Origin: an uncultured Planctomycetota bacterium
GTDB lineage: Bacteria; Planctomycetota; Planctomycetia; Isosphaerales; Isosphaeraceae
DNA: 64,000 nucleotides
Assembly: GCA_963823665.1 (NCBI GenBank)
Contig: CAWGMQ010000006.1
Coordinates: forward strand, 512,001 to 576,000
Direction of reading: 5' to 3'
The translations under genes were made by a program, and so were the position numbers. The notes beneath the pieces are model-generated. The model ran no database searches, had not been told where the DNA came from, and saw only the letters and a list, made by a program, of their open reading frames with translations. Positions 47,150-58,284 of this stretch are shown piece after piece. The stretch's first letter is position 1. Each line of letters starts with the position of its first letter.

Positions 47150-48355
47150 ATGTTCTGCGATCGCGTCTGGCTGAACGCGCGGCTCGCAACCCTGCGATCG
47201 GACCAACCCGGGCTGGGCGAGATGCCGGACGGGATCGTGGCCTGTCGAGACTCACGCATCCTTTACGCCGGTGCGGCTGCCGGTGCTCCGTCGGATCTGC
47301 ACGCGCCCGAGCGCATCGACTGCGCGGGCCGCTGGATCACGCCGGGGCTGATCGATTGTCATACCCATTTGATCCACGCCGGTGACCGCTCGAACGAGTT
47401 CGAGATGCGGTTGCGCGGCGCGAGCTATGCCGAGATTGCCAGGGCCGGCGGCGGAATCGTCTCGACAATGCGTGCGACGCGAAGCGCGAGTGAAGAGGGG
47501 CTAGTCCATTCCGCGCTGGGGCGGTTAGACGCTCTGATCGCCGAGGGCGTGACCACGGTTGAAATCAAGTCCGGCTACGGTCTCGACCTCGACAGCGAGC
47601 GGAAGCAATTGCGAGCCGCGCAATCGCTCGCGCGACGGCGTGCGGTGACGATCGCGACGACGTTTCTGGGAGCACATGCCCTGCCGCCTGAGGCCGCCAG
47701 CGCGGATGCGTACATCGATCTCGTCGTTAGAGATATGATTCCGGCCGTGGCCGCGGAGGGTCTGGCGGAGACGGTGGATGCGTTCTGTGAAGGGATCGGC
47801 TTCTCTCCGGAGCAGACCGCGCGCGTATTCGAATCGGCGCGAGCGCACGGCTTGAGGGTGAGGCTGCATGCCGATCAACTGTCGAACCTGCACGGAGCGG
47901 CACTGGCGGCTCGATTCGGTGCTCTCTCGGCCGATCATCTCGAATACACCGATGAAGCGGGTGTTTGTGCGATGGCGGCGGCCGGTGTGGTCGCGGTGCT
48001 GCTGCCGGGCGCGTTTTACTTCCTGCGCGAGACGACGCGGCCGCCCGTGGAGCTGCTGCGCCGGCATCATGTGCCGATTGCCGTGGCGACCGATTGCAAC
48101 CCGGGCACCTCGCCGCTCACTTCACTGCTGCTGGCCATGAATATGGGCGCGACTCTTTTCGGCCTGACGGTCGACGAGTGCATTGCGGGTGTCACCCGGG
48201 AGGCGGCACGGGCGCTCGGGCGGCTTGCGAATGTTGGTACGATCGAGCCCGGCAAGTCATGCGACCTGGCGATCTGGGACATCGATCGCCCGGCCGAGCT
48301 TGTTTATCGCATGGGGTTCAATCCGCTGCACGCGCGCGTCTGGAGAGGAAAATGA
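47150..48355 (+). CDS. hutI: Imidazolonepropionase
   Basis: [46 protein letters not shown]. Confidence 0.96.
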   Translation: MFCDRVWLNARLATLRSDQPGLGEMPDGIVACRDSRILYAGAAAGAPSDLHAPERIDCAGRWITPGLIDCHTHLIHAGDRSNEFEMRLRGASYAEIARAGGGIVSTMRATRSASEEGLVHSALGRLDALIAEGVTTVEIKSGYGLDLDSERKQLRAAQSLARRRAVTIATTFLGAHALPPEAASADAYIDLVVRDMIPAVAAEGLAETVDAFCEGIGFSPEQTARVFESARAHGLRVRLHADQLSNLHGAALAARFGALSADHLEYTDEAGVCAMAAAGVVAVLLPGAFYFLRETTRPPVELLRRHHVPIAVATDCNPGTSPLTSLLLAMNMGATLFGLTVDECIAGVTREAARALGRLANVGTIEPGKSCDLAIWDIDRPAELVYRMGFNPLHARVWRGK

Positions 48356-49905
48356 CGCCCGTTCTGTTACGCCCGGGCGCGGTCAGCCTGGCCCAATGGC
48401 AAGCCGTCTACCGGGGCGCCCGAGTGAGGCTCGATCCTGAGTGCCGCAGTGCGATCCACCGCAGCGCCCTGGCCGTTGTTCGGATCGTGGCCAAGGGGGA
48501 GCCGGTTTATGGCGTCAACACCGGGTTCGGCAAGCTGGCGAGCGTCCAGATCGCCGTGAACGACCTTGAGACCTTGCAGCGCAACATTGTGTTGTCGCAC
48601 GCGGCAGGCGCAGGCGAACCGGCGCCGGCTCCGGTGGTGCGCCTGATGATGGCTCTCAAACTTGCAAGTCTCGCGCAGGGCGCCTCGGGCGTTCGGCCCG
48701 AGACCGTCGCGCTGCTCGAAACGATGCTGGAGCGCGACTTGCTCCCTGTCGTTCCGGTCCAGGGCTCCGTGGGTGCCTCCGGCGACCTGGCCCCGCTGGC
48801 GCACATGGCCGCGGCGATGATCGGGGCGAGCGAAATCATGGTCGCCGGGCGCAGCATGCCGGCAGCGCGGGCGCTTGCCGATGCCGGTCTGGAGCCGCTG
48901 CATCTTGGTCCCAAGGAAGGGCTCGCGCTGCTAAACGGTACGCAGTTTTCGACTGCCTATGCGCTCGCGGGCCTTTTTGAAACCGAGGTCGTCCTCCAGA
49001 GTGCGCTCGTCGCCGGCGCCCTGTCGACCGAGGCCGCCAAGGGATCGGATACACCGTTCGACTCGAGGATTCACAAGCTGCGCGGCCATCGCGGTCAGCT
49101 CGAAACGGCCGCCGCGATCCGCCAGCTCATGGCGGGCTCCCAGATCCGAGCGTCGCATCTGACGGGAGATGTGCGCGTGCAAGACCCGTACAGCATCCGG
49201 TGTCAGCCGCAAGTGATGGGGGCGGTCCTCGACTTGCTGCGCCAGGCAGCTTTCACGCTCTGGATCGAGTCGAACGGTGTATCCGACAACCCGCTCGTCT
49301 TCCCCGCAGGCGAAGGGGGGAACGACGAGGTTCTCTCCGGCGGCAACTTCCACGCGGAACCGGTTGCATTCGCCGCCGACATGATCGCGATCGCAATCTG
49401 CGAGCTCGGCTCGCTATCGGAGCGCCGCACCGCGGTACTGGTCGATCCTGCCCTTTCCGGCCTGCCGGCGTTCCTCTCACCCGAGCCCGGACTCAACTCC
49501 GGTTTCATGATCCCGCAGGTGACGGCGGCGGCGCTCGTTTCCGAAAACAAGCAGCGAGCCTTTCCCGCAAGCGTCGACTCGATTCCCACCAGCGTCAACC
49601 AAGAAGATCATGTGTCGATGTCTGCGCATGCCGCGCGCCGGCTGACGCCGATGGCCTGGAACGCCGCCACGATCGTCGGTATCGAGGTGCTGGCGGCCGC
49701 GCAGGGATGCGATTTTCACGCTCCGCTCTCGAGCAGCGACGACCTGGAACGCGTGCGCGCGGCAGTTCGCCAGCGTGTGCCGCGGCTCGATGGCGACCGA
49801 TATCTGAGCCCCGATCTCCGCGCGGCGGCCGGAATGGTGCGCGAGGGTGCTCTGATCGCCGGTCTGGAAACCCCCCTGCCCTCCATCATCGGAGCATCCT
49901 TGTGA
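48352..49905 (+). CDS. hutH: Histidine ammonia-lyase
   Basis: [11 protein letters not shown]-forming [42 protein letters not shown] overlap with hutI. Confidence 0.96.
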   Translation: MTPVLLRPGAVSLAQWQAVYRGARVRLDPECRSAIHRSALAVVRIVAKGEPVYGVNTGFGKLASVQIAVNDLETLQRNIVLSHAAGAGEPAPAPVVRLMMALKLASLAQGASGVRPETVALLETMLERDLLPVVPVQGSVGASGDLAPLAHMAAAMIGASEIMVAGRSMPAARALADAGLEPLHLGPKEGLALLNGTQFSTAYALAGLFETEVVLQSALVAGALSTEAAKGSDTPFDSRIHKLRGHRGQLETAAAIRQLMAGSQIRASHLTGDVRVQDPYSIRCQPQVMGAVLDLLRQAAFTLWIESNGVSDNPLVFPAGEGGNDEVLSGGNFHAEPVAFAADMIAIAICELGSLSERRTAVLVDPALSGLPAFLSPEPGLNSGFMIPQVTAAALVSENKQRAFPASVDSIPTSVNQEDHVSMSAHAARRLTPMAWNAATIVGIEVLAAAQGCDFHAPLSSSDDLERVRAAVRQRVPRLDGDRYLSPDLRAAAGMVREGALIAGLETPLPSIIGASL

Positions 49906-50741
49906 GCGGGAACTGGCTGACGATCCGGCGCGGTTCGGCGCCGCTGGTGATCAGCATTCCGCACGCCGGAGTCGAGATACCGCGCGAGATCGAGACGACG
50001 TTGGTCTCGCCGTGGCTCGCGCGCAAGGACACCGATTGGTGGGTGGACCGACTTTACCAGCACGCTGGCATGTCTGATCTAACAATTGTGCAGACGGCGA
50101 TCTCGCGCACGGTCATCGACGTGAACCGCGACCCGTCGGGCCGCTCGCTCTACCCGGGCCAGGCAACGACGGAGCTTTGCCCGAGCATGACGTTCGATGG
50201 AGAGCCGCTGTATCAAAGCGGCGAGGCGCCGGGCGCGGAGGAAGTTTTACGTCGTAAGGCGCGGTGGTTCGTGCCTTATCACGAGGCATTATCGGCTGAG
50301 CTGGCGCGGTTGCGCGGCGCGCACGCGCACGTCGTGCTTTATGACGCCCACTCGATCCGTTCGTCGGTTCCGCGACTCTTTGACGGCACCCTACCTCACT
50401 TCAACATTGGCACGAACGCCGGAGCGAGCTGTGCAGCGGAACTCACCAGGGCGGTGGAAGCCGCGTGCGATGCGACGTCGTTCAGCCGCGTTACGAACGG
50501 GCGCTTTCGGGGTGGCTATATTACCCGCAAGCACGGGAATCGCCACTTGGGCGTCCACGCGATCCAGATGGAGCTGGCCTGCCGGAGCTATCTGCGTGAA
50601 CCGATCGGTCGCGTCGACCCGTCGAACTGGCCGCTACCGCTCGACGAAGGTTTTGCGGCACCGATGATCGTCGCGATTGGCGAGATTCTGCGAGCCAGCC
50701 TTCAGTTTGCAGCAGCCAAAACCGGAGGAGTAAACCCATGA
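49902..50741 (+). CDS. hutG: N-formylglutamate deformylase (amidohydrolase)
   Basis: [59 protein letters not shown] overlap with hutH. Confidence 0.94.
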   Translation: MSGNWLTIRRGSAPLVISIPHAGVEIPREIETTLVSPWLARKDTDWWVDRLYQHAGMSDLTIVQTAISRTVIDVNRDPSGRSLYPGQATTELCPSMTFDGEPLYQSGEAPGAEEVLRRKARWFVPYHEALSAELARLRGAHAHVVLYDAHSIRSSVPRLFDGTLPHFNIGTNAGASCAAELTRAVEAACDATSFSRVTNGRFRGGYITRKHGNRHLGVHAIQMELACRSYLREPIGRVDPSNWPLPLDEGFAAPMIVAIGEILRASLQFAAAKTGGVNP

Positions 50742-52405
50742 CCCGCATCGACAAGACACGCGTCATCCGCGCGCCGCGTGGGCCGGAGCGAAGCGCGAAG
50801 AGCTGGCAGACCGAGGCGGCGCTGCGGATGCTCATGAACAACCTCGACGCCGAGGTTGCCGAACGGCCCGAGGAGCTGGTGGTCTACGGCGGCATCGGCC
50901 GAGCAGCGCGCGACTGGGAGAGCTTCGACCGCATCGTGGCGACGCTGCGGCGGCTCGAGCTTGATCAGACGCTGCTCGTTCAGTCCGGCAAGCCAGTCGG
51001 TGTTTTCCGCACCCACGCAGATGCGCCTCGGGTCCTGATCGCGAACTCCAACCTCGTGCCGGCCTGGGCGAACTGGGACCACTTTCACGAGCTGGACCGC
51101 AAAGGGCTGATGATGTTTGGCCAGATGACGGCGGGCAGTTGGATCTACATCGGCAGCCAGGGAATCGTGCAAGGCACGTACGAGACATTCGTCGAAGTGT
51201 GTCGGCAGCATTACTCCGGCGATTTTGCCGGACGATGGATCCTGACCGCGGGTCTGGGAGGAATGGGCGGCGCGCAGCCGCTTGCGGCAGTCATGGCCGG
51301 TGCCTCGTGCCTGGCGGTCGAATGCCAGCCTTCGCGCATCGCGATGCGGTTGAAGACCGGCTACCTGGACCGTCAGACAAGCAGTCTGGATGAGGCGCTG
51401 GAATGGATTGCCCGGTCTTGCCGGGAAAAGAGACCGGTGTCCGTCGGTCTGCTGGGCAACGCCGCGGACGTGTATCCGGATCTGGTACAGCGAGGCGTAC
51501 GGCCCGACGCCGTGACCGACCAGACCTCCGCGCACGATCCGGCGAGCGGCTATCTGCCCAAGGGGTGGACGCTCGAGCAATGGGCTTCTGGCCGGGAACA
51601 CGATCCCAAAGGCGTTGAACGTGCGGCGAAACGCTCGATGGCCGAGCAAGTCGCCGCGATGCTGGAATTCCACAAGTCCGGTGTCCCGACCTTCGACTAC
51701 GGCAACAACATCCGGCAAATGGCCAAGGATGAGGGTCTCGTGAGCGCCTTCAACTTTCCCGGTTTTGTGCCAGCGTACATCCGCCCGCTGTTCTGCCGCG
51801 GCATCGGCCCGTTTCGATGGGTCGCTCTCTCCGGAGATCCGGAGGACATCTACCGAACGGACGAGAAGGTGCGCACGCTCATGCCTGGCGACAAGCACCT
51901 GCACAACTGGCTCGCGCTGGCCCGTTCAAAGATCAAGTTTCAAGGACTGCCGGCCCGCATCTGCTGGGTTGGTCTGGGCGACCGGCACCGGTTGGGATTG
52001 GCCTTCAACGAGATGGTTGCCAGCGGGGAGCTCAAAACGCCGATCGTGATTGGCCGCGACCATCTCGATTCGGGCGCGGTGGCCTCGCCGAACCGTGAGA
52101 CCGAAGCGATGAAGGACGGTTCCGACGCCGTCTCGGATTGGCCGGTCCTCAACGCGCTGCTCAATTGTGCCTCGGGCGCGACGTGGGTTTCGTTTCACCA
52201 CGGCGGGGGCGTCGGGATGGGCTACTCGCAACACGCGGGCCAGGTGATCGTGGCCGACGGCACCCCGGAGGCTGCTCGCCGATTGGAGCGCGTGCTCTGG
52301 AACGATCCGGCGAGCGGCGTGATGCGGCACGCTGACGCGGGATATGGCGCGGCGGTTGAGTGCGCGAAGGAAAAAGGCCTGGACCTGCCCGGCATTCTGG
52401 GCTGA
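50738..52405 (+). CDS. hutU: Urocanate hydratase
   Basis: [60 protein letters not shown]. Confidence 0.98.
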   Translation: MTRIDKTRVIRAPRGPERSAKSWQTEAALRMLMNNLDAEVAERPEELVVYGGIGRAARDWESFDRIVATLRRLELDQTLLVQSGKPVGVFRTHADAPRVLIANSNLVPAWANWDHFHELDRKGLMMFGQMTAGSWIYIGSQGIVQGTYETFVEVCRQHYSGDFAGRWILTAGLGGMGGAQPLAAVMAGASCLAVECQPSRIAMRLKTGYLDRQTSSLDEALEWIARSCREKRPVSVGLLGNAADVYPDLVQRGVRPDAVTDQTSAHDPASGYLPKGWTLEQWASGREHDPKGVERAAKRSMAEQVAAMLEFHKSGVPTFDYGNNIRQMAKDEGLVSAFNFPGFVPAYIRPLFCRGIGPFRWVALSGDPEDIYRTDEKVRTLMPGDKHLHNWLALARSKIKFQGLPARICWVGLGDRHRLGLAFNEMVASGELKTPIVIGRDHLDSGAVASPNRETEAMKDGSDAVSDWPVLNALLNCASGATWVSFHHGGGVGMGYSQHAGQVIVADGTPEAARRLERVLWNDPASGVMRHADAGYGAAVECAKEKGLDLPGILG

Positions 52406-52418
52406 CACCTTTTCGGGT

Positions 52419-52862
52419 TTATCCGCTCGGGGCGGACTGGGCCGGCGCCGGCCGCGGAAGAAGCCATGCGCCGGCGTACGTGGCCGGCAGGAAAATCGCG
52501 AACGTGGCGATCCAGAACCAGATAGGTGGCGGCAGCATCAAGTTGTTTGCAATGCCGGCCAGAGTGAGCAAGGCGCCGAGCGCCAAGGCGTGCCCTCCTG
52601 GAGAATTTCGACCGATCAGAGCGGTGAGGAATCCGCCTGCTATTCTTCCCAGCGCCCACCCGGCAAGAACAACGACGAGTGCGCCCAGCGGAGCACTCGC
52701 CATGAGCGCCTTGATTTCCTGCCTATCCGTCACGCCTTTCGCCCGCTTGCCTAACTCCGGATACAGGAGTTGACCGTTGGCCGTCTCCACGATCATCATC
52801 ACCACGCTGGCAGCGACGAAGCCAGCGATTACTGCAAGAATGCTACGGATCACCCGCCACAT
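52419..52862 (-). CDS. Hypothetical integral membrane protein (about 4 TM helices)
   Basis: GGAGG RBS before ATG 52862; four hydrophobic segments. Confidence 0.75.
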   Translation of the reverse strand: MWRVIRSILAVIAGFVAASVVMMIVETANGQLLYPELGKRAKGVTDRQEIKALMASAPLGALVVVLAGWALGRIAGGFLTALIGRNSPGGHALALGALLTLAGIANNLMLPPPIWFWIATFAIFLPATYAGAWLLPRPAPAQSAPSG

Positions 52863-52939
52863 ACGACCTCCCCCAATTTGCCACGAGTCGCGTAATCCAA
52901 GCTGGCAATCCGTTGCGCGGTCATTCACCCTGACCGTGG

Positions 52940-53446
52940 CTAACCACGGTGGTGCAGCATTGCCGTGGCTCTGCCCAGCTCGTGATTGCAGGTGCGCAAG
53001 TATATTGCTGTGGCCAAAAACGTGTCGATACCACTTGGCCCGGCATCCAAGGGTGTGCTCGCGAGGGCCTCCAGTAGCGCCGCTCCTGTGGTAAAGCCAG
53101 TCCCGCGGAGTGCCGTCGTCTCTGCGATCAACATCCTCGAGTGGTTCGTCCGCCGAGAAACGAAGCCGGACAACACCGTTGCGATCCAGCGCCGCCGCAG
53201 CGAGCTCAGGGGATTCTCGTGCTCGCGCGGCTCATCCAGAGCCGGTAGCTCCACAGGCCGAGGTCGCGCGTTCTTGAGGTGATGACGCTGAAGCTCATCG
53301 AAGCCCAAACAAATTCGGCCAGCAAACGACTGGGGAATCTCCAAGCGCGGCTCGCCATCAGTGCGCTCGACTCCTTCAGCCTGGGCAACGGCAAGCGGCG
53401 AGACGACCGTTGGTTCGTCCAGGTTCATGCGGCCGATGACCTGCAT
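52940..53446 (-). CDS. C-terminal part of the SWIM zinc-finger protein (frameshift near 53455)
   Basis: Restoring one G in the GGGG run gives HARG-LRMQVIGR, joining this ORF to the upstream one. Confidence 0.7.
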   Translation of the reverse strand: MQVIGRMNLDEPTVVSPLAVAQAEGVERTDGEPRLEIPQSFAGRICLGFDELQRHHLKNARPRPVELPALDEPREHENPLSSLRRRWIATVLSGFVSRRTNHSRMLIAETTALRGTGFTTGAALLEALASTPLDAGPSGIDTFLATAIYLRTCNHELGRATAMLHHRG

Positions 53447-54705
53447 CCGCAGCCCCGCGCGTGGCTCAGCATGCGCAAGTTCTCGCGAAAGCAGAGCGAC
53501 TCGCTTTCATTCTCAATGGCCAGGCGAATCGGCGGAGTATCGGTGTTTGGCATGAAAAACAATTCAGCGCCGGCGGCGCCGGCGATCGTGCCCGTGACAA
53601 AAACGAAATCCCAGCCGGCCGGTCGCGCATCAGCAGGTTCGCCGGCCTGCGCGTAAACAGCATTCCATTGCTCCACCACCGGACGACGAAATCGCCCCTG
53701 GATCGAGTCGGCTTGCCAGGTGGATTCGCCCTGCGCCACGATCTTGACGTCTTTCCCGCGGCCCAGGCGTCCGTCCTGGGACGCAGTCAGGTCGGTACCA
53801 AAGTACAGGCCGCGAGCGAGCTGTTTCGCCGGCTGGACCAAAGCCCCGATTTCAATGCCCCCGAGGTAGGCGTCGCGGGCACGTAGAGCCTCACCGGGGC
53901 GGATATCCGATGCTGTGTAGATATGATCGTCTTCGCCCAGAAAATAAACTGCTGCCCCGGAAAAACCGCTGCGCGTGATGATCGGCTCGGCAAAGAGCCC
54001 GTGCAGCCTGCGCGGCCGAACCGGCCGTTGTTTTCGACGCGCCGTGCCGATCCAGAAGCTCTCGACCGCCTTCCCGCTGAGCACGTGCCGGCTCGTTTCG
54101 AGCACGTCCGCCACGTCTAGAGCGAGCTGTGCGGGATCCGCCGTGGTCGCACGCGTCCGAATCTCATGAGTACCGGCAGCGATTCTCAATCCCAGCCCCG
54201 CCAGCCGATGAAGCCCGACGGCGCGGCATTGATGAACCGCACGAAGCAGGCCAGACTGCACGACGACGCCGGCGCTTGAGACACCGACTTGCAGCAACTG
54301 TGCTACATTTCGGACCAGCTCACGCGCAGCGTGCAGCAGCTTTTCGTCAGGCTCGACAACGTCGTCACGCTCGTCTGCTGCGGCCGGCTCGATCACTTCT
54401 TGTTGGTCGCCTGGATGCGACTCGACGATCGCCACTTCGAGACGAGTGACGCAGGCGAGTACATGGAAACATGTAGGTGACAATAAACACGTACAGGCCA
54501 GTTGCTCCACGCGCGTGACGTGTCCATGCGGCAATCTCACGGTTTCCGCACCAGTATTCACCGACCAGGCCTCGTCGCTCGAGAGCCAGAGCCAGCTTGC
54601 CCCGGCGTCGGGCTCGCGATCGAGGCGACGCCGTACCCGATCGGGCGTTGATTCGATCATCGCCGCGACGAGCGCTGGCGATACAGTGGGACGGTCCGCG
54701 CTCAT
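53425..54705 (-). CDS. SWIM zinc-finger protein (YehQ-like position), N-terminal part
   Basis: CTC-x5-C-x-H (ACTCLLSPTCFH); ATG 54705 overlaps the vWA stop (ATGA). Confidence 0.8.
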   Translation of the reverse strand: MSADRPTVSPALVAAMIESTPDRVRRRLDREPDAGASWLWLSSDEAWSVNTGAETVRLPHGHVTRVEQLACTCLLSPTCFHVLACVTRLEVAIVESHPGDQQEVIEPAAADERDDVVEPDEKLLHAARELVRNVAQLLQVGVSSAGVVVQSGLLRAVHQCRAVGLHRLAGLGLRIAAGTHEIRTRATTADPAQLALDVADVLETSRHVLSGKAVESFWIGTARRKQRPVRPRRLHGLFAEPIITRSGFSGAAVYFLGEDDHIYTASDIRPGEALRARDAYLGGIEIGALVQPAKQLARGLYFGTDLTASQDGRLGRGKDVKIVAQGESTWQADSIQGRFRRPVVEQWNAVYAQAGEPADARPAGWDFVFVTGTIAGAAGAELFFMPNTDTPPIRLAIENESESLCFRENLRMLSHARGCGCRSSAA

Positions 54706-55841
54706 GAACTTGCTCCGCGGATCTGGTCGCCCACCCACTGTGCCAGGCGTTCGGGGCTCACGGCCGCAACGGACATTCCCGAGGAGACCGCGCTCGCCGC
54801 ATTGCCGGTGTGGTAGCGCGGCCTGGCGCTATCGTCCAGAGCGGCGAGACCCAGCAGCTTCGCACCGGAGTCGGCCAGCATGCGGATCTCGGCCAGCATC
54901 TCCGGTATGGACATTCCTTCTTCAAAATCCGTTACGAGCACGATCATCGTGCGGTTGGGGTTTCTGATTGCTTCGCGAGCGGCCCGCAAGCCCAGTCCGA
55001 TATGAGTGCCGCCACCCACGCTCACTTCCATCAAGAGCGCAAGCGGATCATCGACCGAATGCGACAGGTCGATAACCTCTGTGCTGAACGCGAAGAACCG
55101 GACGTCAATCGCCGGCAGCGCCGAGAAAATGGCCGCCACGAGCGCACTATAAATGACGGAAGCTTCCATCGACCCGGATACGTCCACGACGAAGATCAAA
55201 TGCCAGTCCATCTGGCGGTGCGCGGGCGTGCGGAACACGATCCGCCGCGGCGCGAGCGCGACGCGGCCGTCGGGTCTGCGGTAGGCAGTATCGAGATTCG
55301 TGTCCAGAGTTCGGGCAAAATCGAGGCGGCGGCTCCTCCGGTGGGTGGGTCGGGCCGTGGAGAGCCCCGATAAGGCCGTCCGAAGCCGATCCGCCAGTTG
55401 CGCGGCCAACCGCTCGGTGATTCTTCGCGCCAGTTTTCGCAACTGGCCAAGTTCCCGCTCAGGAAGCGCACCACGAAGGGCCAGGATTTGTTCGAGCAAA
55501 TTGACCGATGGCCTCACAGTGTTCGGGTTGAGATGCTCGAGAATCGCCGCCCGCCCCGCAGCGGCGGCATCGCCCATGACCTCCTCGCAGACATCCGCGC
55601 CGAAGAGACCACTCACTTCGTTAATCCATTCTCGTGCGGACGGCGATGCGGCTTCGGTTCCCCCGCGCCCGGCAAGGTCGTCTCTACGGCCACGGCCCTC
55701 GCGCGCACTGGCGCCGTATAACTGATCGAGCGCGGACGCGGCACGCTTGGCTTTTGCACTCCCACAGCCTTTCACCCCCAGAACCAGCCGCCAACGATCG
55801 GCCAGTGTGATTTCACCAGGCGGATCGCTGATTTGAATCAT
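54702..55841 (-). CDS. von Willebrand factor A (CoxE/YehP-like) domain protein
   Basis: DRWRLVLG, ALDQLYG, MIDAS DVSGS, GGGT and VTDFEE. May really be fused to the upstream DUF5682 ORF. Confidence 0.88.
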   Translation of the reverse strand: MIQISDPPGEITLADRWRLVLGVKGCGSAKAKRAASALDQLYGASAREGRGRRDDLAGRGGTEAASPSAREWINEVSGLFGADVCEEVMGDAAAAGRAAILEHLNPNTVRPSVNLLEQILALRGALPERELGQLRKLARRITERLAAQLADRLRTALSGLSTARPTHRRSRRLDFARTLDTNLDTAYRRPDGRVALAPRRIVFRTPAHRQMDWHLIFVVDVSGSMEASVIYSALVAAIFSALPAIDVRFFAFSTEVIDLSHSVDDPLALLMEVSVGGGTHIGLGLRAAREAIRNPNRTMIVLVTDFEEGMSIPEMLAEIRMLADSGAKLLGLAALDDSARPRYHTGNAASAVSSGMSVAAVSPERLAQWVGDQIRGASS

Positions 55842-58284
55842 CGTCGAGTGGCGCGCTCTGTTTCCCGGGCTCTCGCACAACAAACTCGGGTAAGAGCCGA
55901 GCAATCGCCGCGCGTCCAGCGCGGTCGGCGGCGGCTGCAGCGGCAAACGACTCTGGATCGTGGATCGCTTGTGCACGACTGGCTGCTGGTCCACCCGGCT
56001 CGAGGACCGCAAGCCGATCGGCGAGAAGCCGGGCGCGATCCGCAGACGCGAGCGTGTGAAATCCACCCCGCAAGGCCGGCAGTCTGACCAGAAACTCGTC
56101 ATCCGCTGAGCCGGCAAACCGGCTCTCGAGGCCGCTCAGCCAATCCGTGTCCGAGGAAACGAGCGGCAAGAGCGGAACCAGGAGGCCCTGCAATCGCGAC
56201 CGTAGTTGTCCGCGCCCTTCTGTCGCCCCAGCGCCGTCATACCAACTCGCGAGTATGGCAGAAAGCTCGTCGACGGTGACGAGCGCAAGCATCGCCAGGG
56301 CTCCCCAAGCCGCTCCCTGCATGCGCGGCGAGCCCTCTCGTTGCATGCGCACCAAACAGGAGCGTAATGCGGGAACAAGGGGAGAACGTTCCGTAGTCCC
56401 GCTTGAGCTTCCGCGGAGGTCGCCACGAACCATCGCCGTCAGATCGACCAGTGCAACCACATCCGCCGGGTCGTCGGACCCGCGCAATCCGTCCAGACCG
56501 CGTAGCGCGGCATTCAAGAGCGGCTCGGCGTCAAGCAGTTCCGCCGGCGCCTCGAACAAATCAACATCAGGTGGAGCGGCATCATCCCCGCGCAGGGGCA
56601 AGCCGACGAAATGGCCCACGGCGATGCGCTCGATGACCACGGCCGCTTCGATCAACTGAGCTGCTGACGCCGCGTGCAGGAAAGGGCCATCGAGCTGAGT
56701 CAAGAGTTTCTTGACCGAGTGTCCCAGTCCGCACTCCGCCGAAGCAGACAGGCGTGCGAGCGTTGTCGCCGGATGCTGATGCTCGGCCGAATCGGCGTCC
56801 GAATCAGCGGTCTCGGACTGGCGCAGCCGGCGCACGGCCGCCTCGCCGGCTTGCTCCAGGGTCGCGCCGTGGATGCCTGCCCCCTCGAGGGTCGCGGTCG
56901 TCGCGCCGGTCCATCGCACTTCCCAGACTTCGGTCAAGTTCTCGCGCATGCCCATGGGTTCGGCATCAAGCCGCCGCGCGTATTGAATGCCGACCAGACT
57001 CAATCGTCGCAAGAGTACGGCACGGCCCCGGTCGAGCCTCGAGCGTGACGGATCAAGACGGAGCTCGCGCGGGTCTTGATCAATCGTGTCAGAGCCAGGC
57101 AACTTCAGACGCACCATCGCCGCGTCGATCTGGGCGGCCAGCCCGCTGCGCGGCGTGCCCCTGGGCAACCGGCCACGCTGGTTGCCGACCAGAACCGTCT
57201 GTGCAGCGGCCGCGACTGCTCGGCCCCTGCCAAACAAGTCGCCCTGCACCAGTGAAGTCTCGATCGCTTCCAGCAGCTCGCCCCGGCCTGGCGCTCGATG
57301 ACCGCGCAGCCGCCCCAGGTCACGCGCCAGACGCACAATCTCGATCGCATCCGGAGTGCCCGCGACATGCCCTTGATCCCGCAAGTGACGGCAAAGCTCC
57401 ACAGCCAGGTCGGCGACAAGACGCTCGGCGATGGCTGGTTCGGACGCCGCAAGCATCGCCTGCTGCCACACTGGGTCCATCACTCCAGCCGGATAACCGC
57501 TGCGCTCGTCGAGCTGCGCGAATGAATAAGGAATGAGCGATGTGATCGGATCCTTGATTGGATACTTGTCGACGGCGGCAGCTACTGGTGCCTTCCAGAG
57601 CACCGGCTCCCTCAGGAGCGCCGCTGCGTGAAAAGAACCCACGACTGCGACCGAATGCTCAGGCGCCGCCGCCACCGCCGCCCGCATTGCCGCTTCGCGA
57701 TGAGCATCGGCGAAGGTTGGCCCGTTCGACGAATGCCGGACCATCCAGCCGAAGTAAAGAGCCGCCTTGCGAATCGCCTCCGCGGATGCGGCAGTCGCAG
57801 GCGTTTCCACGAGTTTTTCCCACAGCTCGCCGCTGTCGCGCGCGGCAAATCGGTTCAGCAGATTGGCGAGCGCCGTTTGTCGATCGGGCTCCTGATCGTG
57901 ATCGAGCGAATGATGCTCGAGCCGCCGCATCGCCGAGAGGCCCAGGTCGCAGGGGATAACGGGAACGTTTTGCGAGAGCGCCCAGCGAATCGCCGCAAGC
58001 TCGGGCGAGAAATCGGCGAGCGGATAAAACGAGATCAGCCGCGTCTCGTCGCAAGCGGCCAGCGCCACAGGTGCTTCCAGATCACTTCTGCCCAGGTACT
58101 CGAGCCAGGGCTCGAATTCTGGGGGCATCTCGACCAGTACCGATCTCGGCCGGAATTGAGCGAGCAGCTCGGGCATGACGCGCGCAAGCGCTGTCGAGTG
58201 GTGGCGCACGCCGATCAGGAACGGAGCGCGGCATTCGGCCAGCCGCGTGGGCACATCATCATTGGTTGAGTTCTTCGAGGACAT
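55813..58284 (-). CDS. DUF5682 family (YehM-like) protein
   Basis: IGVRHHS, VLVEMP, FYPLADFSPEL, REAAM, VVGSFH, SLIPYSFAQLDERSGYPAG, RLPALRGGF. Start uncertain (58284 or GTG 58254). Confidence 0.82.
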   Translation of the reverse strand: MSSKNSTNDDVPTRLAECRAPFLIGVRHHSTALARVMPELLAQFRPRSVLVEMPPEFEPWLEYLGRSDLEAPVALAACDETRLISFYPLADFSPELAAIRWALSQNVPVIPCDLGLSAMRRLEHHSLDHDQEPDRQTALANLLNRFAARDSGELWEKLVETPATAASAEAIRKAALYFGWMVRHSSNGPTFADAHREAAMRAAVAAAPEHSVAVVGSFHAAALLREPVLWKAPVAAAVDKYPIKDPITSLIPYSFAQLDERSGYPAGVMDPVWQQAMLAASEPAIAERLVADLAVELCRHLRDQGHVAGTPDAIEIVRLARDLGRLRGHRAPGRGELLEAIETSLVQGDLFGRGRAVAAAAQTVLVGNQRGRLPRGTPRSGLAAQIDAAMVRLKLPGSDTIDQDPRELRLDPSRSRLDRGRAVLLRRLSLVGIQYARRLDAEPMGMRENLTEVWEVRWTGATTATLEGAGIHGATLEQAGEAAVRRLRQSETADSDADSAEHQHPATTLARLSASAECGLGHSVKKLLTQLDGPFLHAASAAQLIEAAVVIERIAVGHFVGLPLRGDDAAPPDVDLFEAPAELLDAEPLLNAALRGLDGLRGSDDPADVVALVDLTAMVRGDLRGSSSGTTERSPLVPALRSCLVRMQREGSPRMQGAAWGALAMLALVTVDELSAILASWYDGAGATEGRGQLRSRLQGLLVPLLPLVSSDTDWLSGLESRFAGSADDEFLVRLPALRGGFHTLASADRARLLADRLAVLEPGGPAASRAQAIHDPESFAAAAAADRAGRAAIARLLPEFVVREPGKQSAPLDDDSNQRSAW

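Noticed and set aside
47965..49901. N-terminal extensions of hutH (from 47965) and hutG (from 49200) in the ORF track
   Set aside because: They overlap the upstream genes out of frame. The coupled starts at 48352 and 49902 give normal-length enzymes.
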